Of a stretch of 64,000 nucleotides of DNA, positions 40,871 through 50,712 are shown in pieces; within the stretch, counting starts at the first letter, position 1, and the number at the start of each line of letters is the position of its first letter. The stretch is from NCBI GenBank assembly GCA_045803545.1, contig JBJMOW010000004.1, positions 896,001-960,000 of the forward strand. The letters run 5' to 3'. The notes under the pieces were generated by a model that worked only from the letters and a program-made list of their open reading frames with translations, was not told the origin of the DNA and did no database searches. The stretch is from Gemmatimonadaceae bacterium (GTDB taxonomy: Bacteria > Gemmatimonadota > Gemmatimonadetes > Gemmatimonadales > Gemmatimonadaceae). The position numbers and the translations under genes were made by a program.

Positions 40871-43480
40871 TTACATTATTGCGCGGAGCCCAAAACTAAT
40901 CGTCCGCCCCGGGACAACCGTGATGTTGTCCGGCTCTCCATGCTGTCGGTTCAGCAGGTTCTCCCCGTTCACATTGAATGAAAACCCGCGATACAGATTC
41001 CGTCCCACGCTTGCGCGCAGGCGCGTGACTCCCGTGTATCGCAGCCAGTAGTTTCGCAGCTGCTGCCCAACCAGCTGCGCGTCGCTCTGCGTTGAATTGG
41101 AGAACGCGCCCGCCAACCCCACGCGATCGTAATCGATCCAGTCCCACGAGCGAGATGCAGTGATCGAGCTGTTCCATCCTCCACCCAGCCAGGCCGCCGA
41201 CAGGCTGCCAGTGCGAGCAGGGACCTCGAGCATCCGATCACCTACGCGCATGTCACCGATATAGTTAGCCGCGACGCGACGCACCCTGCTGTCGACGGTC
41301 GAATAAGTGGCGCTCAGCGTAAATGTCGGCAGCTGGACATCTCCCTTCACTTCCCAACCGCGATTGGTGATCTGACCAACGTTCTGCAGCACATACCAAA
41401 TGTGTCGATCGCTCGGCGCGTAGGATTGTGTCGAACCCGGCTCGCCGGGGCCTTCTCTGTCCCCACCACGGGAGCCCTGAGGATGGTCGTCGTAGACGTA
41501 AGCCACGCGTTGAATCAATCCGGATGCGAGCTGGTCGAAGCGCGTCACCTGCAGGCCGAACGTCCTGCCCAAGAACAGATCCATCCCCGTCTCGATGCCC
41601 GACTGTTGCTCGGGATTCAGATCGAGCAGTCTCGACTGGCCTGGATCGACCCATGCCATCTCGCGAATCGGAGTGGTGGCCGCCCGGATGCCGCGTCCAT
41701 ATGCGGACCGCAACTTCACGGTCACAGGTCCCATATCACGCAGCGCGGCGATACCAAGCATTGGTAGCGCGGAGTACGTGCTGGTGGCGCCGAGCGACGA
41801 GTTGCGCTCGAGACGCAGTCCTGCGGTGAGGAACCCGGCGTCGTGCCAGGCAAAATTCGCCTGGGTCACGCCGGCTGAGGTCATGCGCCGAACGATCGAC
41901 GAGAATGTCGACGTGCCCTGGGTGCTGGCGTTCGCCATTTGCGAACGGAAATCCAGCCAGGAGTTCTCGGCGGAAAGTGTCAGCGAGGACTCGAGCTTGC
42001 CGGGCGTGCCCACTTTGGCGACGCTGCTGAAGCGCAGCGTGGTGAGATCGGCGTTGCCGCCGGCAGCTCCGACGTCCTGGCCGGAAGCAGAGGGCAGTGG
42101 CGTGTGATAGTCCGGGATGTTGCTGACGCGACTGCCGTCGAAGCCGGCGACGATGGTGTTGGTCCATACGTCGTTGGCAATGAACGTCGCCGTACCGCCT
42201 GCCGTGTACTCCTGCACCGACTCCGGAATCACGAGACCGGCGCGGGTCGCGCTGACCGAGTCGCTGAACAGCGGACTGATCGGGTCGCTCGATTTGCTTG
42301 AAAGCAGTCGCGCCGTACCGGTGGCGATGAACTTCGACCTGACGGCGCGAAATCCAGCGCTGCCTGTCACATGGCGGACAAACGCTCCCGGCAAATACTC
42401 GCCAACTCCCCCCGAGCTGAAGCTCAGACTTCCCGACTGCGCATTTGACCCACCGCGCAGACTAACGGCATGATCCTGGGTGATGGCGCCGCGGGGGACG
42501 AACGAGCTCGACGCCACTCCGACAGTGCTCCTCACGATCGCGCTCGGTCCGCCATCGGAGCCGTCGTGACGAGTGACGATGTTGATCACGCCACTAATCG
42601 CGTCCGTCCCGTACAGCGCCGCGCCCTGTGGTCCTCGAATGATTTCGATTCGGTCGATCGTCTCGGGGGCGAACTGGGTCACCAGCAGCGGATTGGAGAG
42701 CTCGATACCATCGACGTAGATCTTCGGATAGCTCGAGCCGAACGAGCTGCTGCCGCGGATGCTGCCGTAATGAGCGAGCAGCGAAGTTGGCGCGCTTTGC
42801 CAGACCCACAACCCTGGCACTGCGTCGCTAAGCGCCTGACCCATGTTGCCCTCGGAGTAGCGCGCGACCTGAGCGCCACTGACGACATTCATGGCGACCG
42901 TTAGCCGCCGTTCTGGAGCCTCGATTGCATTCCCGGTGATCACGACCCGATCCAGCATTTTCGGGATCCGATCATGCGCATCGGTAACAGCCCGCGTTCG
43001 AGATGGGGCCAGGACTACAAGATCGCCGCCGGCAGCTATTGGTAGCACCGTCGTCTCGCGGAGCAGAAGAGTCAAAACACTGCCGACCGGGACCGAGTCG
43101 AACGATGCGCACACTCTGCTGTCGAGAGGCACTGTCTCCGTCGTGTACGAAAGATGGATGCTCGATTGAGTGGAGATCCGGTCGAGCGCATCCCGTAGCG
43201 AGATGTCGCTCAGATGGAGCGAGATGCGACGATCGAGTGGCGGATTCCAGGCGGGGAGCGACGAAAGCTCGCCCGCGGCAGTCGAGCACGCCTGAGCAGT
43301 GGCATTGTTTGGAGCAATCGAAATCGGCGCGGCCGCCAGGCTGAAACACAGGGCAAGGCCGCGGGTTGACGCTAGGCGAGGACTCCTAGGGGCGCGGGAC
43401 AGACTCCGTTGACCGGTACAGGACGGCGACATTCGCCTGTCGCTCGACCCGAGCGCCAAGGGAGAGGGCAATGACATCAA
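40871..43480 (-). CDS. TonB-dependent receptor with N-terminal STN signalling domain (start uncertain)
   Basis: STN-like region, DRVVITG TonB box, plug IEIIRGPQGAALYGTDA, ENLLN...PGRT. Confidence 0.88.
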   Translation of the reverse strand: MMSLPSPLALGSSDRRMSPSCTGQRSLSRAPRSPRLASTRGLALCFSLAAAPISIAPNNATAQACSTAAGELSSLPAWNPPLDRRISLHLSDISLRDALDRISTQSSIHLSYTTETVPLDSRVCASFDSVPVGSVLTLLLRETTVLPIAAGGDLVVLAPSRTRAVTDAHDRIPKMLDRVVITGNAIEAPERRLTVAMNVVSGAQVARYSEGNMGQALSDAVPGLWVWQSAPTSLLAHYGSIRGSSSFGSSYPKIYVDGIELSNPLLVTQFAPETIDRIEIIRGPQGAALYGTDAISGVINIVTRHDGSDGGPSAIVRSTVGVASSSFVPRGAITQDHAVSLRGGSNAQSGSLSFSSGGVGEYLPGAFVRHVTGSAGFRAVRSKFIATGTARLLSSKSSDPISPLFSDSVSATRAGLVIPESVQEYTAGGTATFIANDVWTNTIVAGFDGSRVSNIPDYHTPLPSASGQDVGAAGGNADLTTLRFSSVAKVGTPGKLESSLTLSAENSWLDFRSQMANASTQGTSTFSSIVRRMTSAGVTQANFAWHDAGFLTAGLRLERNSSLGATSTYSALPMLGIAALRDMGPVTVKLRSAYGRGIRAATTPIREMAWVDPGQSRLLDLNPEQQSGIETGMDLFLGRTFGLQVTRFDQLASGLIQRVAYVYDDHPQGSRGGDREGPGEPGSTQSYAPSDRHIWYVLQNVGQITNRGWEVKGDVQLPTFTLSATYSTVDSRVRRVAANYIGDMRVGDRMLEVPARTGSLSAAWLGGGWNSSITASRSWDWIDYDRVGLAGAFSNSTQSDAQLVGQQLRNYWLRYTGVTRLRASVGRNLYRGFSFNVNGENLLNRQHGEPDNITVVPGRTISFGLRAIM

Positions 43481-44447
43481 GGACTCGATCGATGGGCTCG
43501 CCAGAAAAAGTCGCTGTAAGGTGGAGGTTAGCTAACGTCGAATCCGCTACGCGTAACCTTACTCCGTACCAGCGGTAAAGTTCAGCGCCAACGAGTACAA
43601 GTGGTGCGTCGCGAAAAATGAGCCGACCCTGCGTCCAGGCCCGATCATCTTCGGAGACAGCTGAGCGCTCAACCGATACAACGCCCGCTCCATCAACGAT
43701 AGCGCGATCACGCGCGTTGAGCACTGCGCCACGTACATGATTCTGGTCCGCAGCCCCAATAGCAACGGAACCCGAGTCGACTGCCACCCGAGTACCCGCA
43801 CTATCATCGTTTTCCACGGTGAACGCAGTGCCAATATCCTGGATGCTTATGCTACCGGCCCTTACTGTGAAAGGATGCGCGCGATCATGAACGACGCTGA
43901 AATAAGCGATGCCGTCGAGAGTGACCAGTCGCCGGTCCTCGCTTGCCGGAACCACCAGCCTGCTGGTCGGGCCGAGGAGGACTTTGGTGCCATCCTGCAG
44001 CACGACCTGACGGCGCTCGCCAATGCCCGTGGCGTAAGTATGCTCACTCGACTCGAGGCGAGACCGGCGCAGATTCTCCCACAAGGTCACACCACCGACG
44101 ATGATGAGGACGGCAGCAGCAACACGCGCCAGAGCGTAAATGGTACGACGGGAACGCGCGTCCTCGTCTGGTCGGGCCGCAAACGGGAGCACCTTCGGTT
44201 CGTGCATGCGTGTCTTCACGGCACTGAGAGCACCCTCGACATCAATGTCGGAGTTATCGTCCGCTCTATTGGCGAGAATCGATTCAAGCAGGCGCACGAC
44301 GTCTCCGCGATGCGGATCGGCGTCGATCCAGCGTCTCGTCGTTTCCGCTTCGCTTGCGACTGCCTCCCCGGTGACGTAGCGCGCGATGCGCTCCCAGTCA
44401 TTGGGACCGATGTCGCCGGAATCCCTGTCTGAATTCGACATATTCAT
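43386..44447 (-). CDS. fecR: FecR family anti-sigma / sensor
   Basis: TM helix, LQDGTKV.L, G.AYFSV, DIGTAF, AWTQGRLIF; ATG at 44447. Confidence 0.9.
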   Translation of the reverse strand: MNMSNSDRDSGDIGPNDWERIARYVTGEAVASEAETTRRWIDADPHRGDVVRLLESILANRADDNSDIDVEGALSAVKTRMHEPKVLPFAARPDEDARSRRTIYALARVAAAVLIIVGGVTLWENLRRSRLESSEHTYATGIGERRQVVLQDGTKVLLGPTSRLVVPASEDRRLVTLDGIAYFSVVHDRAHPFTVRAGSISIQDIGTAFTVENDDSAGTRVAVDSGSVAIGAADQNHVRGAVLNARDRAIVDGAGVVSVERSAVSEDDRAWTQGRLIFRDAPLVLVGAELYRWYGVRLRVADSTLANLHLTATFSGEPIDRVLDVIALSLGARVERQANVAVLYRSTESVPRP

Positions 44448-44455
44448 TAATAAGT

Positions 44456-44483
44456 CAGACACACCAACTGGACGCTACCCTAC
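44456..44483 (-). promoter_or_regulatory. Putative ECF promoter GTAGGGTA-N13-GTGTCTG for fecR-TBDR
   Basis: Identical boxes and spacing at 45103-45130 on the + strand. Confidence 0.75.
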
Positions 44484-45053
44484 TTGCCAACGAACGACGC
44501 CAGTGAGCGCGCGCTACAGGAGCGTGTCCGTGGCGGTGACGAAGCCGCCTTCGACACGGTTTTCCGCGACAACTATGCTCACATGGTGCGCATGGCGGAG
44601 TCGATCATCAGAGAGCGCGCGCTCGCCGAGGAAATCGCACAGGATGTAATGTTGGAGTTATGGCGTCGACGCGAAAGCATTGAGGTAGAACAAAGCTTCC
44701 GCGCGTATCTATTGAGATCGACCCGTAATCGGGCGCTCAATCACGTGCGGCACCAGCGCATTGTGATGCGCGAAGCGACCATCGCCGCCGCCACCGCGGA
44801 ATCTGCCCGGGTTCAGTCAGCCGAAGATGAAATGCTCAGCACCGAATTGGAGCGCGCAGTGCGACTCGCGATCGCGTCGCTACCGGAGCGGGCGCGCGAG
44901 GTGTTTCAGCTCAGTCGCGACCGGGGGCTGAAGTACGCCGAGATCGCGGTGCTGCTCGACATTTCGGTGAAGACGGTGGAGAAGCGCATGGGGCTGGCGC
45001 TGGCCGAGCTCCGCGACAGACTCGCCCAGTGGATGCCGGTCCGAAGAACGTGA
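44484..45053 (+). CDS. ECF sigma-70 factor (FecI-like)
   Basis: AEEIAQDV, AYLLRSTRNRALN, LKYAEIA.LL.ISVKTVE; TTG start uncertain. Confidence 0.92.
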   Translation: MPTNDASERALQERVRGGDEAAFDTVFRDNYAHMVRMAESIIRERALAEEIAQDVMLELWRRRESIEVEQSFRAYLLRSTRNRALNHVRHQRIVMREATIAAATAESARVQSAEDEMLSTELERAVRLAIASLPERAREVFQLSRDRGLKYAEIAVLLDISVKTVEKRMGLALAELRDRLAQWMPVRRT

Positions 45054-45102
45054 CGTTTCACTAACAAGGCAGTAGTGACTCTCCGCCCAGATTCCGCAGT
45101 CG

Positions 45103-45130
45103 GTAGGGTAAGCCAAGCGACGCGTGTCTG
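45103..45130 (+). promoter_or_regulatory. Putative ECF promoter GTAGGGTA-N13-GTGTCTG for the lipoprotein gene
   Basis: Second copy of the motif, 29 nt before ATG 45160. Confidence 0.75.
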
Positions 45131-45159
45131 TTCAAACAGATCCAACCTTTGGGGAGAAC

Positions 45160-46110
45160 ATGAAGATATTTTCACGCTACATCATCGTTGTCGGCGCCGC
45201 TGTGGTCGCCGCGGCTTGCTCGGATAGCACGACGACACCCGTCACCTCGGCGTTGGCACGCGCTGCACTGGTGAGTGCGCCGATCAGCTTCGACCAAATC
45301 AATACCAGTTTTGTTGGCAGCTCAGATGCGAACGCCGGCTTTGTGCCCGGCTTCGCACAGGGCGACGGCCAATGGGGCCGGCATGACGGTGATCATGACG
45401 GCGGACCCGGCTGGACCAACCTAATGGGCGGCGGCATCGCTGATGCTTTTCGTGGGACGATTCTATTCGGCCGAGGATTCGGTAGAGGCCCCTTCGGCGA
45501 TCTTGGCAGCAGCTCGAATTGCGCGTTCTCTTCGACTGACAATCGCGTGACTTGTGCTGCGGTCGCTCGCCGCGGACTGACCGTCAATCGCTCGTTCAAA
45601 TTTCTCGATGCGTCGGGCGGCGCGCAGCAGGTGTTTGACACCGCGACTACCAACTCGGTGAACGTCCTTACGACCGTGAGCGGCACGCGCGTTCACCACG
45701 ACGGCAATGACACCAGCAGCGTCGACAGTAAGAGCGATCTCACCGTAACCGGGCTGGCAACCGGCAGCTCTCAGCGCACCGTCGACGGTACCACGAGCGG
45801 CACCGAAAACAGCAAAGGACTGACTCGTGATGGCGTCGCATTCACCTCGGTTCGTACCGCCGGCGACACTGCGACCGGCGTCGTGATTCCGTTGCAGAAT
45901 GGAAAGCCGACGTATCCAACGGCCGGAACGATCGTGCGTTCCATGCAGGCTATCGTGACACTCGCCGGTCAAACGCCAACTCAGTCCACCCGCCGAGAAG
46001 TGATCACCTTCGACGGCACCAACACGGCGCAGATCAGCGTGACGCAGGACGGCGTGACGAAGACCGGGACGCTATCACTGGTTGGGCAGGGGCTCGACTG
46101 TCACGACTAA
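45160..46110 (+). CDS. Hypothetical Thr/Gly-rich lipoprotein
   Basis: GGAG SD, AAAC lipobox, beta-strand-rich C-terminal half. Confidence 0.78.
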   Translation: MKIFSRYIIVVGAAVVAAACSDSTTTPVTSALARAALVSAPISFDQINTSFVGSSDANAGFVPGFAQGDGQWGRHDGDHDGGPGWTNLMGGGIADAFRGTILFGRGFGRGPFGDLGSSSNCAFSSTDNRVTCAAVARRGLTVNRSFKFLDASGGAQQVFDTATTNSVNVLTTVSGTRVHHDGNDTSSVDSKSDLTVTGLATGSSQRTVDGTTSGTENSKGLTRDGVAFTSVRTAGDTATGVVIPLQNGKPTYPTAGTIVRSMQAIVTLAGQTPTQSTRREVITFDGTNTAQISVTQDGVTKTGTLSLVGQGLDCHD

Positions 46111-46114
46111 CCCA

Positions 46115-46459
46115 TCAAGCAGCGCTCTCGTCCACCTTGGCGATGCGCTTCGCTTTCTCGCAAAGCGCGCGAAGCTCGCCCTGGCTCATCGTCTCCCATT
46201 GCGATGGGATCGGTAGGAGGCGGCGTTTCTCGGTGAGAGATTCGAAGGTGAGCCAGCCGCTGCCGTAACCTTCGGCGAGCGTGATGCGGCGCTGACTTGT
46301 GATGCGGCGATCGTGTCCGCTACGGCGTTCCGTCTCGCGCCATGGGAAAAGTCGGGGCTTGCGCCGATCGACCATCGTCCGCCGTTCGACTCTGCTCGGC
46401 TGGGAATCCCACACCTGCCAGTAGGCCCCGTCTCTGTCTACAAAAGTTCGATAGCCCAT
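46115..46459 (-). CDS. Small hypothetical protein with ERR..DRR repeats
   Basis: ERRTMVDRR and ERRSGHDRR; GWLTFES..EKRRL.PIP..W. Confidence 0.75.
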   Translation of the reverse strand: MGYRTFVDRDGAYWQVWDSQPSRVERRTMVDRRKPRLFPWRETERRSGHDRRITSQRRITLAEGYGSGWLTFESLTEKRRLLPIPSQWETMSQGELRALCEKAKRIAKVDESAA

Positions 46460-46585
46460 CTATCTATTACCTCACGCGGGGACGCACGCGGTCAAACTCA
46501 AACGGCGCTGCAGGAAAAATGCCAAATTACGCTTTGCTGACACGTCGTAAAGATATGTTTCCCAATGGGTTAAACCCTATAGTAT

Positions 46586-48127
46586 TTACCTCCCGAAGCT
46601 CGCCAAAGTTTCGCTCATTACGTCGATCATTGATTTCGCCGTCCAGCGATCCCGTCCGTTGTAGAGGAATGAAAAAGCGAGCACCTCGCCGTTGACCGCA
46701 GTTACATAACCCGCCAGCGCGATAACGTCATTGGTAGTACCCGTTTTGGCGTGAAGATTCCCCTCGGCGGGAGTGTTCCTCATCCGCCGCTTGAGGAGTT
46801 CAGAATCGCCTGCGACAGGCAATGAGGAGTGCAGCCACGGGCCCCATGAAGCGCGATGAGCGTAGCCCAGCAGTTGTACCTGCGCCCTCGGCGTGACTCG
46901 ATCGATAGTCGAAAGACCGCTCCCATCGGAGAAGATCAGCTTGCTCGTGTCCGCGCCGACCTTACTTGCGAAGAAAGATTTCAACAGGCTACTGCCGTTG
47001 GCTACCGAGCCAATAGTGTCTCGTTGTAGCCCCCTTGCTGCGTCGCGAAAGAAGAGTTCCGCGTAAATATTGATGCTCTCACGGTTCATTGCTGCAATCA
47101 TGCTCGCTAGCGGCGGCGAAAGCAGGCTTGCCACCTTCACGGCGCTCGCCGGCGTCCTGCCGAGCTTGATATCGCCGTCGACTTTGATTCCGCGAGCTGT
47201 CAGCGCATCGCGCAACGCGCCCGTGGCGAACGATGCCGGATCCTCGACGATGTAGACGTAGCGGCGGGTTCCAGTGCGTGAGCCGATTGAGCCGTTGGCA
47301 GTAATCGCTCCGTTGCTCGCCTTTCTGAATCCAAGTCGAGCCCCGCCACCGGCAACGGTGCGTACGTTCGCCACCAAAGGAATTGCGCTCGATGAAGGCT
47401 CGAGCGTCACTTTCGCCTGTTGTCCGGGCGAAGTCGGCGTTACCGCCACGGCGACCAGATTCTCGTTGAGCGACAGCGCTGAGATGCGGGCCGCATATGA
47501 CGCCTGGAGGTAGCGCGATAGCCAGCCCTCGGGCACTTTCTGATCGTCGAACCCGGTTGCATCACCGATGACGCTGCCAGTGATATGCTTGATCCCCTTC
47601 GATGCGACGAGATCGGCGAGGCGGTTCATCGGCGCTGACGGCCCACCGGGCAGGAACTTTCCGGAAAGGGCAGGATCGCCATCACCTCTCAGATAGATAT
47701 TTCCCGCGAGGGTTCCATCCGGACCGACCGGCCCATCGCGCAGCGCGTCAGTGCTGAATTGATAGTTGGGCCCGAACCGCTCGAACGCGATCGCGCTCGT
47801 CAGCAGCTTCATCGTCGAGGCGGGCAGCATTTGCTCGCCCGCGTTCTGTGCGAAGAGCGTGTCACCTCGCGTCAGCGACGTCACCATCACGCCCCAGTCA
47901 CCGCCCCTCGTGCGCGAGATCAGACCGGAGAGCGAGGATGCCAGGTCCTCAGGGCTGCGCGCCAACGTGTAACGCACCGCTGGAGCGGCCGGGACCGCAT
48001 TGCGCGGCGGGCGGCGCACGCGCCGACGAGTGGTTTTTTTTGTTTGTTGGGTTTCGATCAGCGAGGGCGCAGCGGTGAGCGCAGTCAACGCCAGTAGAAC
48101 AGCGATGCGTATTTTACGGGAGAACAT
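46586..48127 (-). CDS. dacB: D-Ala-D-Ala carboxypeptidase/endopeptidase (PBP4, S13)
   Basis: PASTMK (SxxK), ESIN (SxN), DGSGLS, AKTGT. Confidence 0.93.
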   Translation of the reverse strand: MFSRKIRIAVLLALTALTAAPSLIETQQTKKTTRRRVRRPPRNAVPAAPAVRYTLARSPEDLASSLSGLISRTRGGDWGVMVTSLTRGDTLFAQNAGEQMLPASTMKLLTSAIAFERFGPNYQFSTDALRDGPVGPDGTLAGNIYLRGDGDPALSGKFLPGGPSAPMNRLADLVASKGIKHITGSVIGDATGFDDQKVPEGWLSRYLQASYAARISALSLNENLVAVAVTPTSPGQQAKVTLEPSSSAIPLVANVRTVAGGGARLGFRKASNGAITANGSIGSRTGTRRYVYIVEDPASFATGALRDALTARGIKVDGDIKLGRTPASAVKVASLLSPPLASMIAAMNRESINIYAELFFRDAARGLQRDTIGSVANGSSLLKSFFASKVGADTSKLIFSDGSGLSTIDRVTPRAQVQLLGYAHRASWGPWLHSSLPVAGDSELLKRRMRNTPAEGNLHAKTGTTNDVIALAGYVTAVNGEVLAFSFLYNGRDRWTAKSMIDVMSETLASFGR

Positions 48128-48317
48128 CTTCGATCATTACACTTTTTGACCAGAGGAGCGTGAACATTCTCTGATGGCTAGAAGGGTGCCACGCTCTCGC
48201 CTCCGCTGAGGATTCGCGCGCGACGATGTTCGCTTGGAATATAGTCGGAGCATAAGTATTTTCTCCGAAGCAGGAACCGCACATTCGCGGACAGCTCTCC
48301 TTCGATAGAGGGAATCA

Positions 48318-48818
48318 ATGGCTGAACGGCCGCACAATTTTCTGCGCGAAGGCATTGTCACCGGCTTCATCGGCGGCACTGCGATCGCGATCTGGTTCCT
48401 GATCGTCGACACGATCGCAGGTCATCCCTTTTACACCCCGATCTTCCTCGGCAAGGGCGTCGTCAGCGTGCTGGGCAAAAACATGATGGGCGATACGGCG
48501 TTCACGCACGTCCTTGGCTACACCATTTTCCACTATCTCGCGTTCTTCATCGTCGGCATCCTGCTGACGGTGATCGTCCACCAGGCTGAGCGCACGCCGG
48601 GGATTCTGGCCGGTCTGCTCGTAGCCTTCGTGATGATGACCCTCGGCTTCTACATGATCGCCGCGGTGTTTACCCAATCGGCGCTGGGCGGGATGTCGTG
48701 GGTGAACATCTTCATCGCCAACCTGTTGGCCTCAAGCCTGATGCTCTGGTATCTGTGGCGGAAGCATCCGCGTCTGGATGCCAATCTCAGAAGGGCGCTC
48801 GAAGGAACAGACGACTAG
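48318..48818 (+). CDS. Hypothetical 4-TM membrane protein
   Basis: Four hydrophobic helices, SD present; stop overlaps the ctaG stop. Confidence 0.75.
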   Translation: MAERPHNFLREGIVTGFIGGTAIAIWFLIVDTIAGHPFYTPIFLGKGVVSVLGKNMMGDTAFTHVLGYTIFHYLAFFIVGILLTVIVHQAERTPGILAGLLVAFVMMTLGFYMIAAVFTQSALGGMSWVNIFIANLLASSLMLWYLWRKHPRLDANLRRALEGTDD

Positions 48819-49648
48819 GCGGTCGACGGCTTCCAGTCCACCTGCGCGCCCGCGGTCGAGTCCTCGCCGCGGGCGTTCCATTTGAAAAAGATCACGGTCA
48901 TGATGATCATGAAGATGATCCCGCCCGGGATCCACATGATCAGTGCGCCTAACAGCTGATCCTCGAGGGGCGTTAGCGGTAAAACGCGGGGCGCAGCGTC
49001 GTATGCGGGATACAGCACGTGGTCCGCCATCGCGATATAGACCGCGACGATCGACATCGGGATGCTCATCAAAAAGCTGTAGAGCATCTGCCCGGGATAC
49101 GCGAGGCGGGGAAACTCGGGCAGCTGACTGAGTAGCGGCCACCACATCAATACTGCCGCCGCCATGAACATCAAATGCTCTACGATGTGCAGGCTGTGAT
49201 GCGCCATCGCCGCGTTGTAGAACGGCGGCAAATGCCAGAACGCGATGGTCAGGTTAAAGACGACGAACGCGACCTTGGCGCGAGTGAAGAACTGCGCCAA
49301 GGGCCTGATCCCCCGACGAGATAAAACCGGACGCAACATCCAGCCGGGAGTGCCGGCGAGAAGAAGCGGTGGAATCGCCAGCGTCAGCAGCAGGTGCTGC
49401 ACCATGTGCGCGCTGAACAGGTAATCGTCGCTCAGGTCGTGGATCGGACCGTTGAGCGTCGCGAACATCACCAGAAGGCCACTGACGAAGAAAATCTTCT
49501 GGGCGTCGGTGGGAGATCGACGCAGCCTGTATGATACCCAAATGTAGAGTGCGCCAAGCGCCGCGATGCCGATGACCGTACTCGGGTGAATCGACCATCG
49601 CCACCAGCTCAGATTGGCAATGGGATGCAGCAGCGCCAGCGCCAGCAT
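48815..49648 (-). CDS. ctaG: Cytochrome c oxidase caa3 assembly factor
   Basis: FSAHMVQH, WHLP, H..EH, DQLLGALIMW. Confidence 0.88.
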   Translation of the reverse strand: MLALALLHPIANLSWWRWSIHPSTVIGIAALGALYIWVSYRLRRSPTDAQKIFFVSGLLVMFATLNGPIHDLSDDYLFSAHMVQHLLLTLAIPPLLLAGTPGWMLRPVLSRRGIRPLAQFFTRAKVAFVVFNLTIAFWHLPPFYNAAMAHHSLHIVEHLMFMAAAVLMWWPLLSQLPEFPRLAYPGQMLYSFLMSIPMSIVAVYIAMADHVLYPAYDAAPRVLPLTPLEDQLLGALIMWIPGGIIFMIIMTVIFFKWNARGEDSTAGAQVDWKPSTA

Positions 49649-49649
49649 A

Positions 49650-50012
49650 CTACGTGATTCTTATGAACAAGTGGCCGAAGAGGAACATCAGCGCCAGGAG
49701 TGTCAGCGCTGCGATCAGCAACGGGCCCGTGAACAAAACGCGGAAGAGCCGGTGATCGTACTTGAGGTGCATGTAGAACATCACCACGATCGCAAACTTG
49801 ACCGCCGAAAGAATCAGCAGGGTCGGGACAAACCCTCGCGACGCGACGAACGACGGGATGTAATACGCCCACACTTCGCCGACCGTGATAATCGTGAGAA
49901 TGAGTGCGACCTTCCAGTAGGTCGACCACGTGGGATGCTCGTGCTCTACTTCGCTTGTCGGCGCGTGGAGCGAGGCTTCAGCGGAATCGGGGGCGGCGGC
50001 GTGAGTGTCCAT
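49650..50012 (-). CDS. ctaF: Cytochrome c oxidase subunit IV
   Basis: KFAIVVMFYMHLKYD. Confidence 0.88.
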   Translation of the reverse strand: MDTHAAAPDSAEASLHAPTSEVEHEHPTWSTYWKVALILTIITVGEVWAYYIPSFVASRGFVPTLLILSAVKFAIVVMFYMHLKYDHRLFRVLFTGPLLIAALTLLALMFLFGHLFIRIT

Positions 50013-50022
50013 CGTTTTGCCG

Positions 50023-50712
50023 TTACTTGATTAGGTAGACGAGAGTAAAAATCGCGATCCAGACGACGTCGACGAAGTGCCAGTACAGCGCACAGATGTC
50101 GACGAGCAGCGAATCCTTCGACGTCAGGTTGCGACGGTAATCGATCGCCAGCATGGTGCACAGCCACAGCACACCGGCAGTGACGTGTGCGCCGTGGAAG
50201 CCGGTCAGCGTGAAGAAGGTCGAGCCGAAGAGATTTCGTCTGATCGACAGGCCTTCGTGCACGAAGGAAGTGAACTCGTAGGCCTGGAAACCAAGGAAAG
50301 TGGCGCCGGCGAGGGCGGTCATGAAGAGCCATAGCCTGGAGTTTCCGAGAATCCGTTCGCCGGTCGTGCGCTTCGGCAGCTCTTTGTTCTGGACCGCGGC
50401 CAGCGCCAGCACCATGAACAGTGACGACATCAGCAACACGAACGTAGATGCCGACGTCACCGGGATGTTCAGAATCGGCTTGAAGACCTGACCGGTGCTC
50501 GGATCGGTCCACGCCTCGTGTGGAAACGGACCGATGACGCTGCGTCCCTTATAAATCAGATACGTCGATATCAGCGACACGAACAGCATGCACTCTGAGC
50601 CGATGAACGCCCAGATCGCGACCTTGCGGCTGTCCAAGCCGAGAGTCGTGTAGTGATGGTGCGCAGGCGCGCTGGTGTGCACAACGCCGCTCGTGTGAGC
50701 TGCTGTTGCCAT
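50023..50712 (-). CDS. ctaE: Cytochrome c oxidase subunit III
   Basis: FIGSE, TGFHGAHV, YWHFVDVVW. Confidence 0.93.
   Translation of the reverse strand: MATAAHTSGVVHTSAPAHHHYTTLGLDSRKVAIWAFIGSECMLFVSLISTYLIYKGRSVIGPFPHEAWTDPSTGQVFKPILNIPVTSASTFVLLMSSLFMVLALAAVQNKELPKRTTGERILGNSRLWLFMTALAGATFLGFQAYEFTSFVHEGLSIRRNLFGSTFFTLTGFHGAHVTAGVLWLCTMLAIDYRRNLTSKDSLLVDICALYWHFVDVVWIAIFTLVYLIK

Noticed and set aside
48128..48317. Small hairpins upstream of the membrane protein gene as a possible riboswitch
   Set aside because: Short stems only; no known aptamer consensus recognised.
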